The translations under genes and the position numbers were made by a program. Source: Streptococcus mitis (GTDB lineage Bacteria; Bacillota; Bacilli; Lactobacillales; Streptococcaceae). Taken from it: a stretch of 64,000 nucleotides of DNA. This document shows positions 25,533 to 38,779 of this stretch, one piece after another (the stretch's first letter is position 1; every line of letters begins with the position of its first letter). The notes beneath the pieces were generated by a model. It searched no databases. It saw only the letters and a program-made list of their open reading frames with translations, and was not told the origin of the DNA. The stretch covers positions 27,118 through 91,117 of the forward strand of contig JAWETZ010000004.1 in NCBI GenBank assembly GCA_032480835.1, written 5' to 3'.

Positions 25533-25561
25533 TTGACAGCTTGCCCTTTGTCCATTATGAT
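25533..25561 (+). promoter_or_regulatory. Sigma-A promoter of the NUDIX gene
   Basis: TTGACA-N17-TATGAT. Confidence 0.7.
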
Positions 25562-25595
25562 AATAATAACGATACTAGATAATGAGGAAAATGCA

Positions 25596-26048
25596 ATGGC
25601 AAACCCAACTTTTGGAGAAAAAAAAGCGAATACAGACTATGTTGCACGCTATGGAGTGTATGCAGTTATCCCTGACGCTGAACAAAAACAAATTGTTCTT
25701 GTTCAAGCGCCTAATGGCGCTTGGTTCTTACCAGGTGGCGAAATTGAAGCAGGTGAAAATCATCAAGAGGCCCTAAAACGTGAGTTGATTGAAGAACTTG
25801 GATTCACAGCTGAAATTGGTACCTATTATGGACAAGCTGATGAATATTTCTACTCTCGTCACCGTGATACCTACTACTACAATCCTGCCTACCTCTATGA
25901 AGCGACTTCTTTCAAGGAAGTTCAAAAACCACTAGAAGACTTTAATCATATTGCCTGGTTCCCTATTGATGAGGCTATGGAAAATCTCAAACGTGGTAGT
26001 CATAAATGGGCCATCCAATCTTGGAAAAAACAGCATAAGATTGACTAA
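25596..26048 (+). CDS. NUDIX hydrolase
   Basis: Nudix box GGEIEAGENHQEALKRELIEELG. Confidence 0.93.
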   Translation: MANPTFGEKKANTDYVARYGVYAVIPDAEQKQIVLVQAPNGAWFLPGGEIEAGENHQEALKRELIEELGFTAEIGTYYGQADEYFYSRHRDTYYYNPAYLYEATSFKEVQKPLEDFNHIAWFPIDEAMENLKRGSHKWAIQSWKKQHKID

Positions 26049-26198
26049 TACTCTTCGAAAATCAAATTCAAACTACGTCAGCTTCGCCTTGCCGTAGATA
26101 TAGTCACTGACTTCGTCAGTCTTATCTACAACCTCAAAACTGTGTTTTGAGCAACCTGCGGCTAGCTTCCTAGTTTGCTCTTTGATTTTCATTGAGTA
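26049..26198 (-). repeat. BOX element (A-B-C)
   Basis: BOX termini plus one boxB unit; TAA/TAA flanks. Confidence 0.92.
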
Positions 26199-26259
26199 TA
26201 AATCAAGCTACTTTATTTAAAAAGTGCTATAATAGAATTAGAAAATCGGAGGGAATGTT

Positions 26260-26559
26260 ATGAAGCTTATCAATACGACAAACTCACACTCGCAACTTGT
26301 AAAAAGCCAGCTAGAAAGTACAGATGCAACCCTTGTTGAGGTCTATTCTGCAGGGAATACTGATGTTATTTTTACTCAAGCTCCGCTTCACTATGAAGTC
26401 CTCATTTCAAATAAACACCGTGCTATTCGCGAAACCGAAATCGAAGCCATCCAAGAGTTTTTCTTGAAACGTAAAATTGATAAAGACTCTATTGATGAGA
26501 CCAATATCAAAACCCTCTACTCAGAAAAATTAATTGGGATTTCGATTCCAATCAAATAA
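26260..26559 (+). CDS. DUF1827 family protein
   Basis: MKLINTTNSH...VYSAGNTDVIFT; GGAGG RBS. Confidence 0.75.
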   Translation: MKLINTTNSHSQLVKSQLESTDATLVEVYSAGNTDVIFTQAPLHYEVLISNKHRAIRETEIEAIQEFFLKRKIDKDSIDETNIKTLYSEKLIGISIPIK

Positions 26560-26680
26560 AATTTTGGAGAGATTAGAAAGCTATTGAACCTTATAGACCA
26601 GACATAGGTTCTGACTTGCTTTTTAAATCGTCTCCAATTTTTTATCTTGAGATCTTATCATACAAGATTTTATAGACAAA

Positions 26681-26731
26681 TAATAAAAAAGATTTGATTC
26701 TGCTTCTCACACAATCAAATCTTTTTTATTA
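26681..26731. terminator. Bidirectional terminator between the DUF1827 gene and ezrA
   Basis: AATAAAAAAGATTTGATT...AATCAAATCTTTTTTATT inverted repeat. Confidence 0.7.
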
Positions 26732-26733
26732 TT

Positions 26734-28461
26734 TTAGAAACGAATTGTTTCACGTGTTTTCTCATATGAGGTAACAAAGCGGTTGGTTACACCAGGCTCT
26801 GCCACTTCCAATGCTTGAGAAATCTTGTCAAACGAAGCATGATAATCAAATTCTTTCTCAAAAATATCTAAAGCTTCATTGAAGGCTTCTTGAATGCGTT
26901 CATCAAATGAGCGGTAGCGGTTAGAATATTGCAAGAGTTGTTCTGTCAAGGTTGCATATTGTACAATATTATAAGTTTCCGCCTCAAGCTCTTCCATATC
27001 CTTCGTTGCAATTTCAAGAATACGGTTAACTGATTCTATATTGACTAATTTTTGTTCTAATTCAGCCATTAAATCTTCCGTATTATTACTTGCTGTAAAG
27101 AATAACTTCAAGAAAGTTTGTGGAATACCAGGTAAGTTCCGTTTCTCCATATATCTCTTGATGGTATGGAGACGATTAACATATACATTTGCCTTTTGAC
27201 GTGCATTGATATCATCTTTTTCAATCTGAGCAAGACGTTGACTAAGTTCAACTTGTTCATCCTCAATTTCTTTCAAAGTAGCTTGTAAGTTTTCCAAACG
27301 TTCTTCAAGTAATGAATATGGCTCAGAATGTTCCTCTTGTTCTGAAGTTAATTCTAATACAGATTCTTCCAAAGACTCTAACTCAGCTTGCAATCTATGA
27401 ACATGACTTGCATCTGACTCAGAAAGTAAATAGTTCTTGCTCAAACGCTCAATATCTTCTATCAATAAAGCATTATTTTCCTTCATATGTTGCAGATAAG
27501 TAGGAAGTGTTGCTACTAAACCTTCTACCACTTTCTGTGCCGCAATTTCTCGTGTAAAGATATCGTAAAGTGCATTAATCTCTTCTTGGATTTGAGTATT
27601 TTCGTACTCGGCATTATCCAATTCTAGTTTAGCAATATTCTCATGATTTTTCTTGAGAGCCTCATAAAGCAGTTGGAAACGCGCTTCGATATCTGTCTCA
27701 GCAAGATAATAGTTGGCATCTAAGAGCTTACGGTAACCATCTTCTAAATCTTCTAGTTGATCTGGTAGCTCTTTAGATAATGTTGTTACAATTGCTGGTA
27801 TACGATCAACAATATGTGTCAAAGCCAAGATATGATTTTCAGCATTATCCAAAATCACAGCAGCTTCTACTGGGTCACCAGATGAATTTAAAGTTACAAA
27901 CTGAGAAAACTCTGATTGGATATTTTCCAATTGTTTTTCGATTTCAGACAAACCTTGTCCATATTCTTCAGAATGATCAGCAACTCGGTGTTGCAACTCT
28001 TCAAACAAGTCCAAGGTATGAAGAACACGTCCACTATTTTTAGACTCTTGTTTCTCCAAATCTGCCAAGGCATTGCGAATTGCCGCAATATCTTCTTCAA
28101 TCAAGGTAATTTGACTCTCGATTTGATCAATTTGATGACTGGCCTTGAAAAAACGGAATGAGTTATTGTAGCCTTCTGCCTCGAAAAGATTATTTTCGAT
28201 ATCGGCAAAAGAATTAAGAGATAAATCAACCCATTTTTGATTCCATTCACGGAAAGTCACCTGACTTTGTCCAATCAAGTGCATATTTTTTACAGCTTCA
28301 ACTTCATCATTAACTGGAAGATTATAAAGTTCTTCTTTTTTCTCTTCTAAAATTGCTAATTTACTTTCATTGCGCTTCCTTACATAGATTGCGATAGCAT
28401 AGGCAATGACCAATAAAACTGCAACTGCAATTATTAAATAAATTACTAGTGTAGCAGACAT
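26734..28461 (-). CDS. ezrA: Septation ring formation regulator EzrA
   Basis: N-terminal TM, coiled coils, QYSNRY (QNR patch); follows gyrB. Confidence 0.95.
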   Translation of the reverse strand: MSATLVIYLIIAVAVLLVIAYAIAIYVRKRNESKLAILEEKKEELYNLPVNDEVEAVKNMHLIGQSQVTFREWNQKWVDLSLNSFADIENNLFEAEGYNNSFRFFKASHQIDQIESQITLIEEDIAAIRNALADLEKQESKNSGRVLHTLDLFEELQHRVADHSEEYGQGLSEIEKQLENIQSEFSQFVTLNSSGDPVEAAVILDNAENHILALTHIVDRIPAIVTTLSKELPDQLEDLEDGYRKLLDANYYLAETDIEARFQLLYEALKKNHENIAKLELDNAEYENTQIQEEINALYDIFTREIAAQKVVEGLVATLPTYLQHMKENNALLIEDIERLSKNYLLSESDASHVHRLQAELESLEESVLELTSEQEEHSEPYSLLEERLENLQATLKEIEDEQVELSQRLAQIEKDDINARQKANVYVNRLHTIKRYMEKRNLPGIPQTFLKLFFTASNNTEDLMAELEQKLVNIESVNRILEIATKDMEELEAETYNIVQYATLTEQLLQYSNRYRSFDERIQEAFNEALDIFEKEFDYHASFDKISQALEVAEPGVTNRFVTSYEKTRETIRF

Positions 28462-28542
28462 ATTAAACTCCTTTTTTACTTGAAACAATCGTAATGATTA
28501 TATCATATTTTTTAGACCAAGGGAACTACTTCTCCCATTTTT

Positions 28543-31067
<2,525 letters not shown>

Positions 31068-31152
31068 AGCTTTCATTATACCATTTTTTCGTTAAAAAAG
31101 CGATGATTTCCCTGAGTTTTCCACATAAAAAAACGAGAGGTTGACTCCCGTT

Positions 31153-31707
31153 TTACTGATTTTTACCAAAGACATCTCGATAGAGCATTCCTGTTCGTAA
31201 ACTCTCTGCGTCCCCTCCTAGCTGCTCCACCAACTCGTAGGCAAAGGCAAGGGCTGTAGAGGGACCTCGACTGGTTGTCAAATGACCATCTACCACTACT
31301 GTTTCCTTGACATATTGACCATCAAGGATTTGCTCTTGAACGCCATCATAACAAGTGTACTGCTTGTTTTTCAATACCCCTGCTTGATTGAGAGCAATTG
31401 GTGCCGCACAAATAGCTGCTAGTTTTTTTCCTTCTCGTTCGAAGCTTTGCAATTCTTGAATCAAGGCCTGATTGTCACGCAAATGTGCAGAACCAGGCAT
31501 CCCTCCAGGAAGGACAATCATGTCATAGTCTGATAAATCACCATCAAAGACACGATCCGCTCTTACTTGGATTGCGTGCGAACCCGTCACTTGCTCCTCA
31601 AAACCAACCATATCACAAGTAATATTTGCCCGACGCAAGACATCTACAACTGTCAAAGCTTCAATTTCTTCAAAGCCCTGAGCTAACATAACTGCTACTT
31701 TAACCAT
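31153..31707 (-). CDS. DJ-1/ThiJ (YajL-like) family protein
   Basis: GFEEIE, LPGG, AICAAP, TSRGP. Confidence 0.92.
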   Translation of the reverse strand: MVKVAVMLAQGFEEIEALTVVDVLRRANITCDMVGFEEQVTGSHAIQVRADRVFDGDLSDYDMIVLPGGMPGSAHLRDNQALIQELQSFEREGKKLAAICAAPIALNQAGVLKNKQYTCYDGVQEQILDGQYVKETVVVDGHLTTSRGPSTALAFAYELVEQLGGDAESLRTGMLYRDVFGKNQ

Positions 31708-31717
31708 GATTTTCTCC

Positions 31718-32941
31718 TTATTTGATTCGTTTTAATACAACCTTTTTCCTCTTGAATGGCACTTTTCCGCTCTTTTCTTCAGCTAGATTAGTCTGATAGC
31801 TCATCGATAAAAGCAAGCCAACACCAATCAAATTACTGATAATAGCCGATCCTCCTTGCGAAATGAAAGGCAGTGGAATCCCAGTCAGAGGAAGCAAGCC
31901 CGTCACAGCGCCGATATTTTCAAAGATGTGGAAGAGCAACATCATAATCAAACCTGTAGAAATATAAGTGTAGAACTGGTTATTTGATTTAAGAGTAATC
32001 TTCAACATACGGTAAATCAGCATGAGGTAAAGAGCAATAACAAGGACTGAGCCAATAAATCCAAAATCTTCTGCAATAACCGTGAAAATCATATCCGACT
32101 CACGAACTGGAATAAGCAGATTAGAAGCATTAAAACCTTGACCAAATAAGCCACCACTTCCAATGGCAATTTGTCCTTGAGCCTGTTGGTAAGTGGTTGT
32201 TTGGGCAAAGTCAAATGGATTGAGCCAAGCCAAGATACGATTGATTTGGTAGGTAGGCATTCCCAGTTGATGGAGAAAAGCCCGGCCACCCTTACTGATA
32301 AAAATGGCTAAGAATCCAGCAACTCCTGTTACAGCAGTCACAAATACTGGAATAATAATTTTCCAAGAAACTCCTGATAGTAAGACGATTCCTGAGAAAA
32401 TGGCTACAAAAACCAAAGCCGTCCCCAAGTCACTTTGAAGTGCCAAAAGAACTAGGACTGGAATGGTAAAGACAATCATCCAAAAAATTAATAAAAAGTC
32501 TAGCGGAACTGTACGTTGCCATTCCTTATGTTTCTTTGTAAATTGGACAATGACACGAGCCAACATGAGGATATAGGATATCTTCATAAATTCTGACGGT
32601 TGGAATAGGGTAATTCCATTTATTGATACCCAGTTTTTGGCACCCGTTGATGCAACTAGGCTTGGATTATAAAAGACGATCGGCAAGACCATGAGTCCCA
32701 AACCTAACATATATAGAAAAGGGGTCACTTTCCAAAGAAATTCTGTATTAAAGAGCATGACCACAAAACCAATCACAAGCCCCAAGGCAATCCAGGCGAC
32801 CTGCTGTCCTAAAATGGGCAAAATATTATTTGGATAATCATGACTAACGGCTATATAAATAGCCACCACGCCGATAACCAGTAGGAAAAACACTGGCAAT
32901 AGCAAACTATAATCGACTCTAGAGTCGAAAGAACGTTTCAT
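31718..32941 (-). CDS. rodA: Rod shape-determining protein RodA (SEDS glycosyltransferase)
   Basis: FQPSEFMK, DLGT, ESDMIF, TGIPLPFISQGGS. Confidence 0.92.
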   Translation of the reverse strand: MKRSFDSRVDYSLLLPVFFLLVIGVVAIYIAVSHDYPNNILPILGQQVAWIALGLVIGFVVMLFNTEFLWKVTPFLYMLGLGLMVLPIVFYNPSLVASTGAKNWVSINGITLFQPSEFMKISYILMLARVIVQFTKKHKEWQRTVPLDFLLIFWMIVFTIPVLVLLALQSDLGTALVFVAIFSGIVLLSGVSWKIIIPVFVTAVTGVAGFLAIFISKGGRAFLHQLGMPTYQINRILAWLNPFDFAQTTTYQQAQGQIAIGSGGLFGQGFNASNLLIPVRESDMIFTVIAEDFGFIGSVLVIALYLMLIYRMLKITLKSNNQFYTYISTGLIMMLLFHIFENIGAVTGLLPLTGIPLPFISQGGSAIISNLIGVGLLLSMSYQTNLAEEKSGKVPFKRKKVVLKRIK

Positions 32942-32977
32942 ATACACTAACCTTATACTTTCATACAATACTATTTA

Positions 32978-35428
32978 TCAAAGTTCATTTAAAAATTTAT
33001 CAATAGCCTCATTAACTTCAGATTGAGCGATCGTTGTAACACTCGCTTCTTTTGCTAGAGAATTCACCATTTGCTTGCCGTATCGTTTTCCGACGATTCT
33101 CCTATCCAGAATGAGGGTTAAGGAACGTTGATGTTCACGTCTCATACTTCTTCCCAAAGCCTGTTTTAAACGAATAATAGCCATTGGCAATTGATAATCA
33201 TAAAAGGCATTTTTCCCTTCTTGAATTAGTTCCTGATTGATCTTTTTCGTCAAGGGTTCTTGGGGATTTTGGAAAGGAAGTCTTGGTACAACTTGAATCA
33301 CAAAAGGATGACTTGAAAAGTCAACTCCCTCCCAGAAACTCGCTGCACCAAACAGGATTTGTTGTTCTCCTTTTTCAAAGCGTTTCTTCAGTTGATGAAC
33401 ATCGCCATTTTTATACTGGGCCAGATGGCTAACTGGAAGTAAATCCGATACTGCTAAAAGCATGTCTTTGGCAGTAAAGAGAACCAAAATCGGTTGTTGG
33501 AAAACTTGAACATCCATCAGCAAATCAGCTACTTCTTTAGCGTAAACTTCTAAGGAGGTTTCTGTTACTAGAGGGAAATCTTTGACCAAGACCACTTCTT
33601 GATCCTGTTTTTTATGAGCTTCAATCTTGACAAATTTGGCTTCAGGATAGCCTAAAAGGTCTGCCAAAGAAATCCTCTGACTAATCTCAAGAGTAGCCGA
33701 CACTCCCAAGACTTGACATGATTCAGGCACTAAGGAAGATAGAAGAACACGGCCTGATTTTGTAGAAGAAATCTGAATTTTCTTTTGACTCATTTCAGTT
33801 GCTTCAAGCCAGTAATCACCTTCAGCCGTAAAATAGCAAACCAGTTCCTCAAAGCCTTCTACCTCTAATTCTGAAAAATACTGGTGGAGATTGGCCAGAG
33901 AATCTAAGATATTTTTCCTAGTTTTGCCAGATTGAAATTGTTCTATCAAATAGAGACACTCAAAGCGAATACTTTCTAATATTCGTTGTTGAATCCTATT
34001 TTCTTCTCCTACTAAAGCCTTATCAACTAAATCAATAATAGACTGGATATCGTAGGTCTCTTGAAGCAGATTTTCTAGGGCCAACAAAACTTTTTGGACT
34101 TCATCAATAATCAATAAACGGTCACTGACAAATTCAGGATTATCTTCCAGTCTGATTACAAGATAGGCATGATTGGTCACTAAAAGCTTACAGGCTTGTG
34201 CCCTTTCTTGACTTCTTTTCCAAAAATCTTCCGTCACAAATAAGCTCTTGGATGATAAATTCCCATCATGACGAAGGTCTCTTAGAAAATGTTGGTAACG
34301 GTATAGTTGTCCGATTTCATCCAAATCCCCAGTTTCTGTCTCTGTCAACCAGACCAAGAGTTGCATTTTAAAGCGCCTAAATAAGCGATTTTCATCATTT
34401 TCCTGCAAGGAACGATAAAAGGCATCCAACTTCAGGTAATTCTGTGGCCCCTTTAAACTATGGATATCTGTATGGAATACTTCCTTGAGACGGTTACCTT
34501 CTTTTTCCATAATTTGATTTTGAAGAATCTTTGTCGGAACACTAAGGACAATCTGACGATTTTCCACTTGGGACAAAGCAGGTAAGAGATAGCCATAGGT
34601 TTTCCCAATTCCTGTCGGCGCTTGAATTAATGAGACAGGCTCATCTTTCAATAGCAAGCCAACCTCTTTAGCAAAACTTTCTTGTTCCTCCCTCATTTCA
34701 AGGTTCAATAGAGAAATATTTTTAGAAAAATCTTGAGATAGTTTTCGTGTCTCCAGAGGAGATGCAGTTTTCTTGAAATACAGTCCTTGAACTTCAACCA
34801 AGTCAGAAGAAGTCAGAATAGATTGGTTTCGATAAATTTCTTCAATAACCAAGTAGGACTCATATAAGAGGGCGTCAGCCATCTCCAGCAAGCGTTCCAA
34901 GAGTCCTTTAGGAAGTTGGGCCATCTTTTCTCGTAGAAAAAGGAGTAATTCAGCAGTCGCTTGGGCATCTGAAAGGGCTGTGTGAGCGTGTTTTAGAGGA
35001 ATGCCTAATTCCTGACACAAAATCGGCAAACTATATTTTTCCAGTTCTGGGAAAAAGACTTGGGCCAATTCGACCGTGTCAACACGAGGATTTCTTAGTT
35101 CATAGCCTTCAAAAAATAAATTTTCCGCCAAGAGATTGGCATCAAACTGAACATTGTGGGCTACAAAAATCCCATCCTCCACCAAGTCAAAGATTTTTCT
35201 AGCAACTTGCGAAAAATCAGGCGCTTGCGCCAGACGTTGGTCTGTCAATCCTGTCAGTTCTTTGATATGAGCATCCAAAGGTTCATGGGGATTGACATCC
35301 GTCGTATAGTGATCGACGATTTTTCCATCCTCAATCACAACAATTCCCACTTGGATAATTTTAGCCTTACTACCTGTGCTAGTTGCCTCTAAATCCACCA
35401 CAACATAGCGATTACCAATCGTTTTCAT
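32978..35428 (-). CDS. dinG: DnaQ-family exonuclease / DinG-family helicase
   Basis: DLEAT exonuclease I motif, AHNVQFD, HTALSDA, PTGIGKT, DEVQ, FWEGVD, QALGR. Confidence 0.92.
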   Translation of the reverse strand: MKTIGNRYVVVDLEATSTGSKAKIIQVGIVVIEDGKIVDHYTTDVNPHEPLDAHIKELTGLTDQRLAQAPDFSQVARKIFDLVEDGIFVAHNVQFDANLLAENLFFEGYELRNPRVDTVELAQVFFPELEKYSLPILCQELGIPLKHAHTALSDAQATAELLLFLREKMAQLPKGLLERLLEMADALLYESYLVIEEIYRNQSILTSSDLVEVQGLYFKKTASPLETRKLSQDFSKNISLLNLEMREEQESFAKEVGLLLKDEPVSLIQAPTGIGKTYGYLLPALSQVENRQIVLSVPTKILQNQIMEKEGNRLKEVFHTDIHSLKGPQNYLKLDAFYRSLQENDENRLFRRFKMQLLVWLTETETGDLDEIGQLYRYQHFLRDLRHDGNLSSKSLFVTEDFWKRSQERAQACKLLVTNHAYLVIRLEDNPEFVSDRLLIIDEVQKVLLALENLLQETYDIQSIIDLVDKALVGEENRIQQRILESIRFECLYLIEQFQSGKTRKNILDSLANLHQYFSELEVEGFEELVCYFTAEGDYWLEATEMSQKKIQISSTKSGRVLLSSLVPESCQVLGVSATLEISQRISLADLLGYPEAKFVKIEAHKKQDQEVVLVKDFPLVTETSLEVYAKEVADLLMDVQVFQQPILVLFTAKDMLLAVSDLLPVSHLAQYKNGDVHQLKKRFEKGEQQILFGAASFWEGVDFSSHPFVIQVVPRLPFQNPQEPLTKKINQELIQEGKNAFYDYQLPMAIIRLKQALGRSMRREHQRSLTLILDRRIVGKRYGKQMVNSLAKEASVTTIAQSEVNEAIDKFLNEL

Positions 35429-35627
35429 TATAAAAAATTATACCAAAAAAAGGGCCATTTGGCACCTGCAAACATGGGATATTTTTCAAACTCAAGGACG
35501 TTACTTAGCTTAAAAAGCCTATCAAATAGAGCATCCTAGCCTGCTAATTCTTTGAAAATATTGGAGAATAAGAAAAAATTGAGAGAAGAAATGATTGTCT
35601 CTTCCTTCTCTCAACTATCCATTTACT

Positions 35628-36557
35628 TTATTTAACCATGTCAGGATCGTAATCATAAAATCCTGTATCAAGGAAACGGTTTTTAGGGTGTAACTTGCGC
35701 ACTTCTTCATCCAGCAAGAAGGCTTGGTCATGGCTAAAGTTGTCCTCTTGGATCAAGCTACGCGCTTGGATAAAGAGTTTTGCAATCTCAACAAAGTTTT
35801 GACCTGGAGTATAGAGTCCTTCTAATTTCCAGTGAGTGAAACCATGCTCCACCAATTCTGTCAATTTGGTCATCAAATCAAGGTCATTGTTGGCAAAGAT
35901 GTGAGTACCATGATTGTCTTCAAAAATAGAATAGTGGCTTTCAGGGTCACTTGGCTCAGCCAAGAAAAGGTCACGTTTACGCGTTTTTTCATCATCGATA
36001 TGCGTAAAGTTATAGTAGTTTTGCAAGAGTGGACGTTTAGAATGGTGAATAACACTAGCTCCGTAAACCAAAACTTCAGCAGGAATTTCCAAAATCTCTG
36101 GCATTTTAAAAAGTTCAGCTGATGGAATTTCACGCGCCAAAACAGCTTCAGATGCGCCAGCCTTTTGTCCCCAGAAGTTAATCTGACGACTGCTAGTCAC
36201 CATTGTAGAAGCATCGTAGATAGTTTTAAAGGAATAACCATCGCGATTGACCACATAAAAGACACCTGCATCCCCAATTGTAATGTAATCTGTCTTAATT
36301 TCTTCCAAGAAATCGAGGAAAGGCTTGATACGATCCATCATGTCTTGGTGCATGAGGGCATTGACTGCAACGATCAATTCCTTACCAGCATCATGAACCA
36401 GATTAGCAATTTCACGCAATTGGTCATAACTAAAGGTTGTTGGCAGACGAAGGCCAAAATCTTTCTCACCGACATAGATACGATCTACGCCAGCTTCGAG
36501 CAGTTGTTTAACTTGTTCAATACTTTCAGCAGTTGCTGTAATGATAATCTTTTCCAT
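35628..36557 (-). CDS. Peptidase U32 family protein (tRNA hydroxylation TrhP-type)
   Basis: GVDRIYVG, VLAREI, WKLEG. Confidence 0.85.
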   Translation of the reverse strand: MEKIIITATAESIEQVKQLLEAGVDRIYVGEKDFGLRLPTTFSYDQLREIANLVHDAGKELIVAVNALMHQDMMDRIKPFLDFLEEIKTDYITIGDAGVFYVVNRDGYSFKTIYDASTMVTSSRQINFWGQKAGASEAVLAREIPSAELFKMPEILEIPAEVLVYGASVIHHSKRPLLQNYYNFTHIDDEKTRKRDLFLAEPSDPESHYSIFEDNHGTHIFANNDLDLMTKLTELVEHGFTHWKLEGLYTPGQNFVEIAKLFIQARSLIQEDNFSHDQAFLLDEEVRKLHPKNRFLDTGFYDYDPDMVK

Positions 36558-36684
36558 AAGAAAAATTATACCACATTTCTAGCAAATCAGCCAAGACTTA
36601 TCAAAGTTTTACAAATAGGAATCATTTCTCCGTAACTTTTCAAAGTAACTTCCAGTTGCCTGACCCAAGTGGAAATTAGTCTAA

Positions 36685-36795
36685 TACTCTTCGAAAATCT
36701 CTTCAAACCACATCGGCTTTATCTGCAACCTCAAAGCGGTGCTTTGAGCAACCTGAGGCTAGCTTCCTAGTTTGCTCTTTGATTTTCATTGAGTA
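36685..36795 (-). repeat. BOX element (boxA plus shortened boxC)
   Basis: BOX termini; TAA/TAA flanks. Confidence 0.9.
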
Positions 36796-37032
36796 TAAAA
36801 CGGATTTTTATAAGAATAACTAGATGAAAGGCAAACCCAGAAGCATGAGAGAGCTCACCAGTAACAATTTACTTTGTACACTATCCATAAATAGCAAACA
36901 TCTCAAGCTCCATTAATCTTCAAAACATCATAGATAAAATCTAGTCCAAAATTTAAGCAATTGATACTGTAGGATTTATACATTGTTATAAATTTCTAGT
37001 CGTTTTGTTTTTATGATAAGAAAAATGGCATA

Positions 37033-37072
37033 GAAAAACGAGTATCTCCATCTACGGAAATACTCGTTTTTT
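37033..37072 (-). terminator. Intrinsic terminator after the ABC permease
   Basis: AAAAAACGAGTAT..ATACTCGTTTTTT inverted repeat. Confidence 0.7.
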
Positions 37073-37144
37073 GATAGTTAGAAGTGGTTTTTTGCTCAGC
37101 TTCATTTCTTTTTATAAAATTTATCAAGCAAGCGACCAACTAGC

Positions 37145-38779
37145 TCATCTTTTTTCTATTTCTGCCAATATGCGTGACAGGTAGTAATGATAGCCAAAAA
37201 TAGCAAGACCAAGCAAGAGGATAAGAACTCCTACTCCCAAGCTAATGGCAAGGACAGGGGCCAGAGACTGAACCAAGAACAAGCTTACAATGACTAAAAT
37301 CATTAAGATAACACTATAAACCAAAATCAAAACTATTGCTACTATACGATTTGAACGGTTCACCAAGTCCGTAATGCTACTCCAATTGGTTGACAGATTT
37401 TTTACGTCCTTAAAGTAATTGTGGCAAGAAAGGATGACACTGGCAAGGGTCCAGACTACAAGAAGGTAAATCATCGAAAGGATGGGCAAGCCTAGATATA
37501 GAGAAAGACCAAGTAAAGTCAGAACTGGTAAAAAGGACTGGACAGCATATATAATCCAAAATTTCACTTTCACATAACGAGCAAAGTCAAAGGGTAAACT
37601 CTTAAGAAAATCAACATTTTCCCTCTCCAAGGACAAGGCAATTGAATGCAGGCTGGTGATATTGTTATTGACAACTGCTATAAAGAGAGCTATAAAAAAC
37701 AAGGGTAACCAGTATGGAGGATGAATGTCTGGAACTATCTGAGAATCTCGGATGTTGAAAATCAGACCAATCATCATGAGATAAGGAAGGAAAGCACTTG
37801 TAAAAAGCACTGTAATCACGCCAGTTCCCTGTCCCAAGAGGGTGAGGTGGTAGCGTAAAACCATACGGAAAAAGCCCTTTTTAGTAGTTGAAAGCCCCTC
37901 CTTACTGCGACGTTCTTTTTTGACCTTCTCCTCACTATTAAGTAGGACCACATCATAAAAACGAGGCAAAACCTTCTTTTTGGTCAGGTAAAGCAAGAAA
38001 ACAGTTAAAGCTATCCAAGCGAGCAGACCCAGTATGGCTTCTGTCGAAAAAGGCTCCACTGCTATTTTGTAAAAGATATGAAGAGGATAAAGGAGAAATG
38101 GAATGTCTCTAACTTTGTCAACAATACTTCCAAAAGTCGACTGTAGAAAGAGGACAAATATTAAAGGTATGAGAACTCCTATCCCAATCATCACATTGGC
38201 AAAAATAGACTGATACTTTCTGAAGACCCTAGTCTGAGCCAAGAAATGTACTGCCACTACCATCACTAAAGTAACAGAGACAAATAACAAGGCCAAGGAC
38301 AGCAGCATCAAAGGCAAGCCCAGCCAAAGAGAAGGAGCTAGCCTAATATAGAGGACTAGAAAATAAGCTAGGATTGGTACAATTCCAGCTAGAGCTGGCA
38401 AGAGAACAGACAGTCCTTTAGCAATTATAATCTCTGATTCTTTAAAGGCATAGGGCCTATACGACGCCAAGTCCTTACTCTCATAAAAGACATTGTAAAA
38501 GGCAGTGAAAGAAGTTGAAAAGGCAAGCACCAGTAAAATAGCAACCATGGTACTAAAAAAACTTGGTATTTCCTCAAAAGGAAAACGAAAGGCTATATTT
38601 ATAAACATTAAAAGCATCAAGAGACTGGAAAAAATGTAAGAACTTAGGACTCTAGCGGAAACATTTACTTTTTTTTCAGGATTTTTAGCTTGCTTCTTTC
38701 GTAGGTTAGCCAGATTAGCTTCTTGAGATGAATAGAGGATATTGATATCAACTAATTTTTTAATGACCTTGAGACGCAT
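37145..38779 (-). CDS. ABC transporter permease (exporter type)
   Basis: Many TM segments, SLERENVDFLKSLP; coupled to upstream ATPase. Confidence 0.85.
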   Translation of the reverse strand: MRLKVIKKLVDINILYSSQEANLANLRKKQAKNPEKKVNVSARVLSSYIFSSLLMLLMFINIAFRFPFEEIPSFFSTMVAILLVLAFSTSFTAFYNVFYESKDLASYRPYAFKESEIIIAKGLSVLLPALAGIVPILAYFLVLYIRLAPSLWLGLPLMLLSLALLFVSVTLVMVVAVHFLAQTRVFRKYQSIFANVMIGIGVLIPLIFVLFLQSTFGSIVDKVRDIPFLLYPLHIFYKIAVEPFSTEAILGLLAWIALTVFLLYLTKKKVLPRFYDVVLLNSEEKVKKERRSKEGLSTTKKGFFRMVLRYHLTLLGQGTGVITVLFTSAFLPYLMMIGLIFNIRDSQIVPDIHPPYWLPLFFIALFIAVVNNNITSLHSIALSLERENVDFLKSLPFDFARYVKVKFWIIYAVQSFLPVLTLLGLSLYLGLPILSMIYLLVVWTLASVILSCHNYFKDVKNLSTNWSSITDLVNRSNRIVAIVLILVYSVILMILVIVSLFLVQSLAPVLAISLGVGVLILLLGLAIFGYHYYLSRILAEIEKR

